DNA of 63,003 nucleotides, filler included, from Olpidium bornovanus S191 (Eukaryota; Fungi; Olpidiomycota): the NCBI GenBank assembly GCA_017911155.1. It is 27 parts of 27 records of this genome, joined end to end, with 100 filler letters (N's around TTAATTAATTAA, not from the genome) between each part and the next. Parts side by side here need not be neighbours in the genome. Positions count along the whole stretch, not along the records: positions 42,289 to 45,932 come from JAEFCI010012666.1; positions 46,033 to 47,529 come from JAEFCI010006662.1; positions 47,630 to 51,845 come from JAEFCI010009098.1; positions 51,946 to 54,640 come from JAEFCI010012847.1; positions 54,741 to 56,690 come from JAEFCI010011172.1; 22 more parts are not named here. The stretch is one strand, 5' to 3'. The position numbers and the translations under genes are program-made. Every line of letters begins with the position of its first letter. Position 1 is the stretch's first letter. Below are positions 43,631-56,790 of this stretch, one piece after another. A model generated the notes under the pieces. That model had not been told where the DNA came from and made no database searches. It saw only the letters and a list, made by a program, of their open reading frames with translations.

Positions 43631-46106
43631 AAGATCACCCGCCGGTCCGCCGTTTCCGTCAGAGCCGGAACGAACGGCCGCGTCAGCGATGTGCGAAACC
43701 GAATCGATCCTTGAAGGCGAGCCGTGTCCGGTTGGAAAACGATTATACCCCCGAGCTTCCCGCATCCCAGTTTTTGCCGAGCACGGTGCCCTTTTCCGCT
43801 ACAAGACCCCTCCCCTCCCCAGCCCCATTATTCCCTATTATCGATTTCCTCCTACCCCCCCGGCTCGGGCCGGACTTGCGCAGAATTATAGGACCTGCCA
43901 TAGATACCTCCCGGCCCGCTGACAGAATGTAAGGAAATGTGCCAGTGCGCGTCCCGAAAAAACCAGTCAGGGAGAGTGGGAGAGGAGGAGGAAGAGAAGG
44001 GGAGAGGACGGGGGGAGGGGAGGGTAGGGGGCCAAAGGGAGGGAACCGGCTTAGCACAAAGCGGTTTTGTCTGGGGCACACCGCCGCGGAGGCAGCGATC
44101 CGGGAAGCGGACGTCCCGCCCGACGCCGTCCGTTCCATTCGCGCACATCTCCGACAGCCTTGAAAAATTGTGAAACTTAGTAAAGGACGTCAAGAATTTC
44201 TTGTTGTTCCTCAAGGCCTTCCGGGGGGTATGCCGTCAGATTGCCCAAGGGCGGCGGCGAGCAAGCCCGCGACGCCTTCCGACAGACCCTCTGGTCGGCG
44301 GAATTCTCGAATAAAGGGCGCCCGAGATCTGTCAGCAAGGGGGGCCCCCGCTTCTTTTTCTCTTTCTTTCGCGAAATGCGCCCGCTTGTTCCTCGTACGT
44401 CCGCAGAACGTGTGGCTTTTGCTCCGCGTTATCAGCAGGATGTGGCATTGGCGAAAAAGCTGGAAATGAGCGATGGGGAGGGTTTGGTCGCTGTTAACGC
44501 AGGAAAGCCAGGGACGTGTAACGTGGATCACACGACGGCTGCTTCTGTATTTCCACCGGGCTCGATGCCGATTATACCCCGCTCAGACCGCCCAGAGCGA
44601 ACTAAAAAAAAAAGAAAGGGGGGAGGAAGGCAGCCCGTCGTCTTCACGGAAGAAGGGCGTAAAAGTCCTTGTTGAAAGCCGGGCTGGTCGAACGCTCGGC
44701 TTTATAACCGCCCACGCTGCGAGGAACGCGGCGAGCCTTAACCACTGGCGTCAGCTTATTGGGCACAAACCTCCACGGTTTTGGGAGTGGCGCGCGGCCG
44801 CGGGCGGCGCGCCCGTCTGCCGCTGTGGGACGGTTCGGGCCGCCGGTAGTCCCGGCCGGGCCCTTCGGTATTACCTCTCCCCAGCCCTCACACACACACA
44901 CACACTCCCCCCCCCCGTTTTTCCCATACTCTCCTTCTCGCTCGCGCGAAACAAGAAACAAACCTCTCGTCTTTGAAGACGTCTCTGACGATCCTCCGAG
45001 AGCCCCCCAGAATAGCCTAGTTCTAGCGGCCTGCGACTGCGACACCCTCGGACGGGAGGTCGGCAGCTCCTGGGGTTGGAGGGTAGAGCCGGGGAGAAGG
45101 AAGGCCGGGCTGGGGGTTCGCTTTGAAGAGGCGTTCGAAGGCCGCAAGGAGGGAGCTTCCGCGGTCCGCGGTCACCCGTATCTACGGCCGAGTGCGCGCG
45201 TAGGACAGCCCATAGCTGCCCGTCAAACCCTGCCGAGCCCCCGTCCGAGGCAGAAGTCTCCCGACACCGCCTTGGCGGACAAGCGCGAATCTGACGGGCC
45301 TCGCAAAAAGGGAAAAATTCGCACCGCGTCCGGCAAAAATGACGCAAAAACGCGCGGTGGGGAGGGAGTCTTGTGAGTCGCACGCATTACGGATGGGGTG
45401 GGGGGGAAGGAGGGGGAGGTTCGTTTTTGGGATTTTGGGGCGCGGCGCCCATTTTGTCCGGCAAATCACGAAGACGGGCGCTCGTAGAAATATCTCCATC
45501 TGCGTTAATAATCCCAGTTCTGGAACATGGTCGGCTGGTAATTGGAGATGAGCGGCGTCAGAGGTTCCAGTTGCATCGCTCTCGCCCGGCGAGCAAGCTT
45601 GACGATTAGATTCAGTGCTTCCACGCTTAAAAATCGCGCCCAATAAATTATCGGGGAAGGGGGGAAAGGCGGGGGGGGGGGGGAGTCACGATCGTCAGGA
45701 CCGCCTTCCCAGGAGAGAAACTGGGGAAAAAAAGAGATTTCTACCTTTCCTGGTGCTCTTCCGAAGACTGCTCGAGGAGCTGAAAACAAAAAAAAAGTAA
45801 CGCCGGGGCGACATGAACCGCGAGGGGTTCGGGGTTTCGGCTTCAACCCCCCGCGCTTCCCGCGAAGACGGCGTCGGTTTTCAATACGTACCGCCTTGAT
45901 AGGGCTCTCCTCTTCGTCTTCGACGGGTATCCNNNNNNNNNNNNNNNNNNNNNNNNNNNNNNNNNNNNNNNNNNNNTTAATTAATTAANNNNNNNNNNNN
46001 NNNNNNNNNNNNNNNNNNNNNNNNNNNNNNNNAGGTCGGTAATGATTGAGGGTCAGTAACTACAGACCCTCATACTGATGTTTGTTTTTACACCCCCTTG
46101 CATTAG

Positions 46107-47091
46107 TGCTGATACGGGACACGGACGAGCTGCCTTACGTGATTAGCGACATGGAGGCGTCGTTGGAGGTCGTCCTCTCCCTCACGTGGGTGTGAAGGTC
46201 TCGCTTTAGACGCATCCACCAGTTACCGCCTGACTACGTACCAGGACTTCGCAGCGAACAGACGAAGGCGAATCTGAATGGCTACGAGGCCGCTGTGCGG
46301 GACGTCCGGAACGCGTTTGAAGCCATGGCACTGTTTGCAGAGAAGCTCCCGGGGGCCAGGGCGGAGGTCGAGAAACTTGAGGTAGTTGATGGTGATCGGC
46401 TGAGCGGCCGGTTCCCTCGTGGCGAAGTCACAGGCGACTGACGCATCGACACGCGACTGTTCAGGCACGGTATGAAAAAGCCACGGAGGAGGCGGGGAAA
46501 TTTTTCGCGGAGACGGACGCCGAACTAAAGCGGTACGCAGCCGTTTCGACTGAGCGAGGTGTTAAACCCGCTTGTCCAAAGCAATTCGCACTTGCGGTCT
46601 CGCTGATGGTTTCTCAGCGCAGGTGGCGCGGCCTCGAAGTGGGGTACACGAGCCTGCAGGTAGAAGTGCAGCGGCGTCGGAAGTACGATGTGCGGCAACA
46701 AAAGGAAGCGGAGAGATACTGGAAGGTCGCTCGGAGGCTATACGAAGGTATGCGGAAAAAGAATACCGACTGGAAGAGTCTTCTGAGATTTCGCACGCTT
46801 GCTCGTGTGCTCGAGAGCTTACATTCAGCGTCTTCATGCCCTGCGGATTTTCCTCGCGGTGGTAGAGGAGGTGAACCACCGCCGACAGTTTGCGGACGGT
46901 CAAGGCAGGTATCTTCCAGAAGAGCTATGCTCCGCGCTGAAGGTACGCTGCAACTGGAGGGTGAGGCTAGAGTCCTGCCGCCTCGTCCACGTCATGCCTG
47001 ATCCTCGTTCGGCGGCCGCCTGTAGGAGCCGCCGGCACAGCCGCTGATGCACGCGGGTCCGCGGCGGGGAGCGTAGCTGGAGGAGACTAGT
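46107..47091 (+). CDS. ATG17: Autophagy scaffold Atg17 (APG17 domain), C-terminal exons
   Basis: Spliced exons give LIRDTDELPYVISDMEASLE...WRGLEVGYTSLQVEVQRRRKY...YE|EEVNHRRQFADGQGRYLPEELCSAL, matching the Atg17 pattern Y..L..EV.RRR...EE...R..F....G.YLP.DL. Confidence 0.8.
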
Positions 47092-49262
47092 GCAGTGTCT
47101 GGCAGTCAGTTTCCCTGCCAATATCATGCGTCTTCCGAGCGATGCCGGAGCGCGACGTGTTTTCTTTTTTCTCTCGCAGGAATAGACCGGACGCTCGTAA
47201 TCGCAGGGTCGTGGACGTGGTGACTTCGGATTACCGTTTCGATTTGGGCTTCCGCACGGCAAGCCCGGCAGATAACGTCTCGTGTTTATGGCCAGCCTAA
47301 GAGGACACATCGTGCTTTTTTTTTTCTTTTAAGACTTCCAGTCTTTCCGCGGTTGGCGGCTGCATATTGATATGGCCGCTCCAATACGAACTGCGCGGCT
47401 ATTACGGACATGCACACACCTGCCCCTCGGCCCGCAGGCGTGCACGGTGAACGTACTACAGCACCGAACGGCGAACCCTCACGCATCCACCTTGCTAGTC
47501 GAAACAAGGGGCGTATATCGACGCGGCGGNNNNNNNNNNNNNNNNNNNNNNNNNNNNNNNNNNNNNNNNNNNNTTAATTAATTAANNNNNNNNNNNNNNN
47601 NNNNNNNNNNNNNNNNNNNNNNNNNNNNNCCTTCTGTTCGCACGCGGTCTTTTTTCGGTACTTCTTGCAAAGGGGAGTGTTGCGACTGTTACGACGGCTG
47701 TATGTTTGTGTAGTTTTGCACTTCGCACTGGGGTGAAAATCCCGCACGATAACGACGCCACAAAAAAACCACCGAAAAATAACATATAGGGCGGCAGCAT
47801 CTGCGTCGAGAGGGACTTCCTCCTGACGGGGAGCAGCCTGAGCCAAGGAATTCCTTACCAGCAAACGCACCGCATGAAAATCTGTGATCAAAAACCATTG
47901 CCGCTACGTCAACGATCAAGACGAGCTTATCATCATCGCAGTGACCGCCGATCCGGGAGATCAGGTGGATTACATTACCTCCTCCCGATCTATGGTGAAC
48001 TTCAACGTGTAATGCCGACAGTCCTGGAGATCGACAACAATGGTGCACCAGATCACCGGCTGGATCGTTCGCATCGAAATCCCTGACACGCATCGATCAA
48101 GATCGAGAGGTAACCTGTTTGTGCCTCCGTCAAAGTGCGCGATCAACAGTCTCGCAAAATGGCGCAGAGATTCTGTTGACGTCTTCGAAAAAAAGAAATC
48201 TGCCGGCACCTCGTTTCGGCGAGCCGCTTCCCTCTTCTCGGTTTAGTCGAGACCCAAAGTCGCCACGCTCTTCCCCACGCGGAGCTCTTCCGCGTCCACG
48301 CCGCAGAACAAAACCCGCTCAACATATCGCGATCATTCTTGTCACTCGCGGGGCTCGTCCTGTCCCCGTTCGCCGAAGTTCTCCCGTTAGCTTGTCTAAA
48401 CCGCAGGCGGCGTTTCTTTTGCGTTTTGCACTGGCGAGGGAGGGTAAAAAGGACAGCGGGAGGTTGAGGGGCGGCGCATCCCTAGATTGCACAGCACGCC
48501 GATGCGCATGCTTGACATGATCGGCAAGCCGAGGATCTCGTGCGCAGGACAGTGTCTCAAGAGCCTGAACCTCGCGCGGTTGATAGTGTTTTGGGGAAGC
48601 CGACGCGGAGCCGGGTATCTCCGTCGCGGCCGACGGAAGCGCGCGAGGCTCTTTCCTCGTCGCCCCGCGCCGTGCTCCTTCTGGCTTTTGCAGAGGCGAT
48701 TTCGCTCCGCCTCGGGCATCCGGGTGAGGGGAGGTCGGGGTTGAGGCGCCGGCGAGAGCGCGGCTGTGACGGTTGGACTCACTCCGGAAACCAACTGCCC
48801 TACCCGCGCCGCCCGGCGGAACCGCCGCGCCAGCGACTGCCCGGTGCGCCCTCGGCAGCGCGGGGCAGCGCGGGGCAGCGCAGAACCAGCGCAGAGCAGC
48901 GCGCAGAACAGCGCGGAACAGCCCAGAGTAGGGCAAGGCGGGGGCAGGCCTGTGCTGGGAAAAACACGTTGCCCCTTCTGCAAGGGTTATTACCCACGCC
49001 GCCGTGCCGGTCCGGACGTAAAACCCCGCGGCGCATACAGTCCGGCGTGCAGCAGGGCGCCGAACAACGTTCGCTCGCAAGGTACCGATCGCAGGGGACA
49101 CGCCTTGGCCGATTTCGCGGTAGCCGGCGGCCGCTTCCCTAACCGCCTGTCACCAGCGCAATCGATGCGACCAGCTCACTCGTTCTTTTTGTCTGTTTTT
49201 CGGTTTACGACGCTGGTCTGCCAAGCTCACGTCCTGAAGCATTTCGGACCAACGCTGGGGAC

Positions 49263-51845
49263 GATGGTTCCCCGCGCACTCGTGCCGCCGAAGGCTGTCA
49301 GCCAAGCGGCATCGAGTCCGCGGCAGGCTGATGTCAACCCGTCAGGCAGAGCTGGGGGTAGGCGCCGTATTACCCCATCAATTTCTCATTAGACTTCGGA
49401 CTGAACTTGGTCATGCCTCCTGCTGCGAACCAATCAGCGGCTCCGTTCCCGGCAATGACGCCGCTGTTTCCAATCGAAGCGCAGCAGCAGGACCTGCTTT
49501 TTCGGTACAGAAGGTTTCCGCCGTCTTTTGTCGTGCACCAACACGCGGGATATTTTAAGCTGGCGCCCTTGGTGTGTTTTCGGCTGCTTTTTGAATGCGG
49601 GACCGAGTTGGCATGTGCTAATTCGAAAGGTGTGTTCTCCAGGACATACCTTTCCCGTACGACGGATTCATGAAGGTTCGTCGAGAACAGTAATGTTGCG
49701 ACTAATTCCATCCGGGTCGCTGTTTCGGCGTACGCTGACTAGGAAGGTTTGGTATGCCTGTATTGGTTGGACAAACACGCAGGTGCTTTGGAGAGCCATT
49801 GAGGACAGGGAGTTGCCTGTCGATTTATTGGATATTTTTGATACCTGCAAAATACGATACTTTGAAGGTCAGAAATCAATGTGCTTGTGACCGTTAATCT
49901 TTGGCGTGTAAGCATTTTCGTAAAAAGGCTAAGAAATTCGACTGTGATGACGGGGCCACTTAGGTTGCCTCATCGTCGAGATCGTTGATCACAGAAAACA
50001 AGATGGTATAAACCGGCTAGCAATGACTACTTCCAAACCTTCCGCGACCGCTTCGGGTCCGGCCGGCTCGACAAGCCCGTCAAATTTGCAGCATAAAGGA
50101 CGCCCGGCTGGGTCAACATGGGACCGTCGGGTTCGCCGTGTCGTATTAAGACCTACTCCAGCAACACTCTGGGCTGACATAACGTCGATGGCTGAGGCAT
50201 CGGCCCGGGCCGGGCAGCCGTGGTCCCAGGAGGTCGCGGTGGAAGTTGAATCGAAGCTATTGGTGTGTGCGCTGCAATTTCGATTATTCCACCCGGGCTG
50301 CCACGTAATTCGTGTCCTGACGCGTTTCTCTGCCGGGCTTACCGTTCTTCCAGCTGGCCACGCAACCGCCGCTCTGCTTAGACCCGTCACCTGCGATCAT
50401 GCGTTTAGAGAACGCGGTGATTCATGAACGAGCGGCCGCTGGGGCCACGAGGTTGAAGAGCTTGAAGCGTCGAAGACGGGACACCGGAACGGCGGACAAG
50501 GAAAGCCTTTTGGAACTGAAAAAGTTATTATTTCTTATGCACGAAAAGGAGAAGGACGAAGGCAAAATGAGGTCCGTACTTTCAGTCCACAAGGCAACAG
50601 GAAGCTCCTGCCATGTCGGTTGGCTGTGCGGTACAATGCCGACGTTCTCCCCGCCTTCACTTTTTTGGATCATAACTTGCAGCTTCAAGCAGAGCATCTT
50701 TGTGGAGAATCTGCGAAAACGAAAAGCGTCGGCTGATAGAGTGGCCACGTTTGTGCCTCCGGCCGAATCAAAGAAGAGAGGTGCGTTTTCTATGCAAAAA
50801 CGATAATCCCCAACTGCGAACGCAGACGTAATTAAGCCGTTCAATCAGGGAAAAAAGCTGCCGAGGCGGCGATGGCGATGGTGGAAGGAAACAAAAAGAT
50901 TATAAAAACGTCTAAGTTCGAGAGCAAAGTTGCAAGGGAGGGAGGTATGCAACTATATTAGTTTGCATTTGTTGCGCACATCGTAGGCGTCGTTGAACTA
51001 AAACCAAGCGGCGTATTTTGGTGATGGAAGGACAAAAACAGTACTGCACGGTTCAGATCCTACAGCTTCCCGATGGTGGACACGAAGGGATTTTCCGGTA
51101 CGGTGACAAGGAGGATACGAGCATCAATGGTGCTACACTTAGGTGAGTGATACGTTGTGCAGACGCACAGATGCGGAACCGGATTGTTCTGATTCTACCC
51201 CATTTTCTGGAAGATGGAAGATGCCTTCCGAAGCCATTGCACAGATTTACATTGAGCAGCTCAAGGAACTGGCCGCTCCGATCTATAACATTGTATTAGA
51301 ACGGCCGAGCGCTGGTACATCGCAGGCGGTAAAGCAGCGGGCGGCGTACGAGGCTCAGCTCAAAGTACACCAAGATACCCTAGAAGCCCATTTGGGCGCC
51401 TCGTGTCCGACGCCAAAGGAGCTTCTTGACAAGGCACTGGCGAACGATAGATTAATGGTACCAGAACAACTCTTAAAAGCTCCCCCTCCCATGCCCGTCT
51501 CGACATCGAAAGGGCCATCGCACCGGGCGGCTGCCGCATCCGGCGGGAAGTCGGACAAAAAACGGAAAAAGAGTCAGCAACAGGCGAAGCAAAAACAACA
51601 GCCGGAGGCGGGCAGGCAATCCACGCCGCAGGTACCGCAGGCGAGATCATCACCTCTTGCTTCTGGAGTTCCCGCTTCCGCCGCACCACAACCCGTTACG
51701 TCTGCTGCGCCGCAGTTGGCCGCACATGCGGTTGCGTCGTCGCCGCTCCTACCACCAATGCCGACTGCGGGCGCGCAACGTGCGACGACGTCCCCGCAGT
51801 TGCCTCTCGAGCAGCTCCAGCAGCGGCAGCAGACTCCGCACTCTC
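49263..51845 (+). CDS. SPT20: SAGA complex subunit Spt20 (SEP domain); start uncertain, 3' truncated
   Basis: AIEDRELPVDLLDIFDTCKIRYFE|GCLIVEIVDHR...RRVVLRPTPATLWADI...AVEVESKLL|LATQPPLCLDPSP, followed by Gln/Pro/Ala-rich low-complexity sequence. Confidence 0.9.
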
Positions 51846-51945
51846 NNNNNNNNNNNNNNNNNNNNNNNNNNNNNNNNNNNNNNNNNNNNTTAATTAATTA
51901 ANNNNNNNNNNNNNNNNNNNNNNNNNNNNNNNNNNNNNNNNNNNN

Positions 51946-52302
51946 CATGAAGTCGAACGCGAGCTTGCGACCGTGGGCCTAATTTTGAGGCGCTTACCTT
52001 TTTTCCCTTCCTTTACAGGGTCCGGAGGCTTTTTTGACAACACACCGCTGACTGTTTCATCCAATGGTAGGTTTCTTGTGAGCCGCGGTACAGAAAACTG
52101 CTTCCAAACCGGAGGCCGGCGTAATGCCGGCCGTGCGTTTCTTGTTTGCCGATTTTGACCGACGTTTACCCCGTTCTCAGGGATGCCTTCGCACCCGCAA
52201 GGTTATCTCACTGTGGAAGAGCTGGAGCGGAGGCGGCTTGGCCAAACGCCGTACCACGCGCGCAGAGAACCGTGAAAGCGAGGCTGTGGCCGCGATTCGC
52301 AT
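51946..52302 (-). CDS. 5' end of an unidentified gene with a mitochondrial-presequence-like N-terminus
   Basis: MRIAATASLSRFSARVVRRLAKPPPLQLFHS is Arg/Ser/Ala-rich with no acidic residues, then plausible GT/AG sites. It is divergent from the BolA gene. Confidence 0.25.
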
Positions 52303-53143
52303 TTCCAAGAAGAGCTGTTTAGAGCAAAAGAATGGAGGTTGGGGTGGGGAGGGGGTTGGGAAAGGGGGGAAAATGACTAATATCGTATCGCAACTCGTTG
52401 ACTTTCTTGTGCAGCACACTCCAGCTCGATCCTGTTTTTTTTTTTCTTTATATCTCCCACCCCTCTCCCTCTTCCCCCTGCCCACCCCCACCCTCCCCTC
52501 CTGCCCTCACCTTCCCTTTCGGCTTCTTCTGTTTTTTTTTTTTTTTTTTTACATGACCGAATAGTTCATTTGCCGTTTACGTGCCCCAATCCTGAAGACG
52601 CTTTACGCTCGCTCCTGCACAAACTTGCTTTTTTTTGGTTTTGTTCGCCACTGCACCCTCGACTCGGCCCTAGCTGCATGGTGCCCCCACCCCCAAAAGT
52701 AGAATGGAAACGTCTGCATCATTTTCGCGAGCGGGGCCAGTGCGTGCAGTGAGTGTAGTTAAGGAAAGACCTCGAACCGGGGATTATTTTTTTTTTTTCG
52801 CCGTGCGGGAAAGAGCACTAATGACGACGACGCACGCGTCCGCCCTCCGGGCGCGGGCATTTTTGAGGATTCCGCTTTTTGGGGTGACAGACACGCAGGC
52901 ACCACCTTGTCGGCTTTTTTCTTTTTTCGTCTCCGTGTGCTTCCCGGCCCGTCCGTCCCCTCTTCCTGTCGTGGTCGTGGGTGTGCGTGCGCGCGTGTTT
53001 GGGAAGGGGGTCCGAGGGGAGGAAGGTGTGGGGAAAGGGGAAAGGGGGGAAGGTGGGCTCGGCCACACACAGCAACACTCCTCCCACTGGGACGCCCACC
53101 GAAGCTGCCGAAAAAAAATAAAATAAAAATAAAACAGAATAAA

Positions 53144-53442
53144 ATGGCGAGCGCGCCGACCAAAATCGGCGCGGCGGACATGGAGGCGGCCCTGAGGGAG
53201 AAGGTCGGGGCGTCTCACGTCCTGGTGGAGGATACGTCGGGCGGCTGCGGCCAGAGCTTCAACGTCACAGGTTGGAAGACGGCCGCGAAGGGGGGGGGGG
53301 GGTAGCCTGCACGGCGTTTTTGATTTTATAGCGACGGGCTCGGGGTTTTTGTTGTTTTTTTTGTGACACTTTTGCCCCTGTTAAACCTCTCCCCCCTCGA
53401 CCCCGCGGTCGCCCGGCCCCGTCGGGACGTGGGAGAGAGGGG

Positions 53443-53481
<39 letters not shown>

Positions 53482-53971
53482 GGGGGGGGGCGGGGGGGGG
53501 GGGGGGGAGGGGGGGGGGGGGGGGGGGTTACGCGGGGGCGGTGCGCGCTCCAGTGGTGTCCGCGGCGTTCGAGGGGAAAGGGCTGCTGCAACGGCACAGG
53601 TGAAAAACAGAAGAAGACGAGCGTGGGGGGGGGGGTTCTTGTTGCGCTTCTGCGGCGGTGTCCGCGTAGGGCGTGAGGGAGAGGGAGGGGGTTGTGCTGA
53701 ACCTGCGAGACTGTGATGATTCGCCCGCTCACGACTGCCTTTGCGGTTTTCGTCAAACAAAAAAAAACCCAACCGGCGCTGCGGACGGGCGGCCACACCA
53801 AGACTCGTCAACGACGCTCTGAAAGACCAGCTGGCCGTCATCCACGCGTTCTCGCAGAGTCCGTTGACGCCGAAAGAGGTACACGGGGAGCTTATGTGGC
53901 CAAAAATAAAAAAAGAAATCGCTTGCTTCGTAAAGCGTTTTCGGCGCGCGCGCACGAACGCAAGATCCTGA
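53144..53971 (+). CDS. BOL2: BolA family protein, Bol2/Fra2 type; last exon boundary uncertain
   Basis: Exons 53144-53270, 53554-53599 and 53803 onward give MEAALREKVGASHVLVEDTSGGCGQSFNVT|VVSAAFEGKGLLQRHR|LVNDALKDQLAVIHAFSQ. The GGCG and IHA motifs are present. Confidence 0.92.
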
Positions 53972-54740
53972 GATTTTTTTTCCGGTTTATGCCGCTTCAC
54001 ACCCGACTCGCCCTCCCCCGCCCTCCCTCCCCCCCTTTTTTTACGTGATCAAAGTGGGAAGAGAGAGGAGGCAAGAGCTGAAGAAAACCACGGAGCGTCG
54101 CGAATTCTAGGACGGGGATGAGGTCCGTCACCGTTTGTTTGCCTTGGGTCTCTCGTCACGCTTACGCCGCTAACGGTGGCTGTTATCTGACGTAAAAACA
54201 AAAAAAGAAACACGAATAAAAATGAATAGCTGAACGGCGGCCGAGAGGTGCGCTTGACCACGGATTATTCCGAAAAACCGGATTTCACATTGCTGGAGGA
54301 CAACCCGTTCAGCTGAGGTTCTTTTTATTTTTACCCGGGGCAGTGGTTGGGGCGGGGAGCTGAAATCCCCGTGATTAGTGCACAAGTGGCCGCTCAGAAT
54401 GGTCGGCTGCTAAAATATCCCACTGAGATCACTCGTTATTGAGGCGGGGCGCTGTCGCTGGTGCAAAACAGCTGTATCGGCTAGAGCAAAAGGCGGTGTG
54501 CGGTACGTGTGCGCCCCGCCGGCCGATATCAGGCCAGTTCAAAGCCAGGTTGCGGGCTGGCGTTCTGAGAAAAAAGATCGCTAGTGTTTGAACCTCCCGT
54601 GATTCTCTGCAGTACTACGGTTTGGCGGGCGGCGGGGGGGNNNNNNNNNNNNNNNNNNNNNNNNNNNNNNNNNNNNNNNNNNNNTTAATTAATTAANNNN
54701 NNNNNNNNNNNNNNNNNNNNNNNNNNNNNNNNNNNNNNNN

Positions 54741-56168
54741 CATGATGGGCTTCTTGTTGTGAGAAAGGTGGGTTTGGGTTACGAAATCACGGCTATCGGG
54801 CTCCGGCCTGTAAACGTTGTGAGGAGCGAAGTCCACTCGGCGGCTAAGTTCTTTGGGCCCGAAGTCCGCGCGCTGCGTGGATTGGCCTTGATTGTGTCTC
54901 CGAAGTCAGCAAACGGCGTCGGCAAACGGTTCTCTCTCCTGACCCCGCCTTCCTTTCAGGATCAAAACAACGGGTCGCCTCTGCCATTTTTTTTTTTACC
55001 TTCGAAATGGGTGTCCGGCTGGACGTACTTGACTTTGGGATGGAAATAGCGCGGGACTGATTTGGCACTGTAGGCATCGCGGTAGACAGTCGAATGGGCA
55101 TCAAGGGGAACGGAAGACTGCGGGACGTATTTCTCCTTGTACTGAACGCGGCGGGCGATCGGCCAGGATTTGAAATCCTCCTTGTTCGTGGATATGCCCT
55201 CGAACTTCGTGATCACTGGGTGGTACTCCACCACGGTGGGTTTCCTCACTGTGGTCGGGTGCAAGATGAAAGCGGAGCGGTTCTCGCTGCGGAAATCGCG
55301 GTCTTCCTGAGCCTGGCGGTACACCTGGACGGGCGGCGGGGCGGGGCGGCTGACGGCCCACTGCCTGAAGGCTTCCTTGTGAGTGGAGGTCCCGTCCAGC
55401 TTTGCCTTGGACGGGACGTACTCGGCCCGCTTCTTCTCGTACGGCGGCGGGACGGGCCAGGGCTTGTAGTCGTGCTTGTTCGTCGTCTCGGCCTCGAGTT
55501 TCTCCGGACTCGTGACCAGCTTGTCCGGCGAGGTGATCTGGACGGCCTTCTTGTGCGGCTGCACGGGCCACGCCTTGTAATCCTCCTTGGAGGCGCTCGC
55601 GCCTTCGAAGTGCGCCTGGTTCCACAGAGCCGAAACGTCGTGCTGGCGTTTCTGGGCACCCCGCAAAAGCGGCACGAGCGATCACAGGCACACCACCCGC
55701 CCGCCGGCCGGACGTCAGCAGATCGGCTAGATCGGCCCCGCTGTCGCATTGTCGCTCGATGCCAAGATCGTCCCTTCCCCCTCTCCCTCTCTCCCTCCCC
55801 CAATTTACCGGCAATTTCGGCGGAAGCTCGTGGGTCTTGAACTGGACCCTGTGTTCCGTGTCTTTGCTCAGCGGGATGTCCGGCGGAACGTGAGCCGCCT
55901 GCAGCTGCAAGCGGCGCGGGGCGGGGCCCAGCTTGTGCGGATGGTACTGGGTCGTGTACTCGGTGTTCCCTTCTAGCTTGGTGTCGTTCTTGACCCGCAG
56001 CGTGCACTTGTGCTTGCCGCAGGTGCACACCTGGCAGATGCATTTCCCGCAGACCGCCGCGCCCTGAGGCGGGCCCACGCCCGCGGAGACGATCCTGGCC
56101 TTGTCGACCGCCGCGGGAGGAGACGGGCCGACCGCGCCCGACGAATTCGCAAACGCGACGCTCGCCAT
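54741..56168 (-). CDS. Stabilizer of axonemal microtubules (SAXO/FAM154, STOP-domain microtubule inner protein), 3' truncated
   Basis: N-terminal CICQVCTCGKHKC motif followed by repeated Mn-like units (FEGASASKEDYKAW; LEAETTNKHDYKPW; LDGTSTHKEAFRQW; FEGISTNKEDFKSW; FEGQSTQRADF). Confidence 0.9.
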
Positions 56169-56790
56169 CGGGAGCGCAAGTCGCCAAAAAATAAAAAAAA
56201 AGAAAACGATTACAAATCGCGGGAAAGTGGTGGTGGCGAAAGGGTATCCGGCAGGCAGAATTCCCTTGGTCGCCAAAAGGGTCGGAGGAGCGGAGCTGGG
56301 GAAAGGTGGCAAGATGCCGCGAGGGCGCAAAAAAAAGCGTCAAGTGAACGATTCCCGCAGTGTCTCTTATCCCGCGCCCGGCCGTGAGGCTTGCGGAAGA
56401 CGGCGATGGGGAGGGCGCGTGGTGGGGGGGGGGATGGGAGGGAGGGGGGGGGGACACAGCTTTGTCTGAGCACGGGAATCGGAGCCGGCGGTCGACGATG
56501 TCGCCGGAATCTGCTTTCGGCGTGAGAAAAAGGAACCCCCCCCCCCTCGAATAAAATTCTCCTGTGCTGTTTCCGCTGACAATCCCTATTCTCCGGGCCA
56601 GCCAATCAAACGACGCCGGGAACCGCGCACGACGAAATATGGTGGGGGAGAGGGGGGGGGGGGGGGGGCGGGGGGGGGCCCCCCCCCCCCNNNNNNNNNN
56701 NNNNNNNNNNNNNNNNNNNNNNNNNNNNNNNNNNTTAATTAATTAANNNNNNNNNNNNNNNNNNNNNNNNNNNNNNNNNNNNNNNNNNNN

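Noticed and set aside
43950-45932. Protein-like fragments on the minus strand downstream of the secreted gene
   Set aside because: A gene is likely present, but I could not assemble a consistent exon chain or name a family.
47630-48560. Minus-strand exon DFHAVRLLVRNSL..., faintly like BCP1/BCCIP
   Set aside because: The resemblance is limited to a few residues and the expected flanking motifs are missing.
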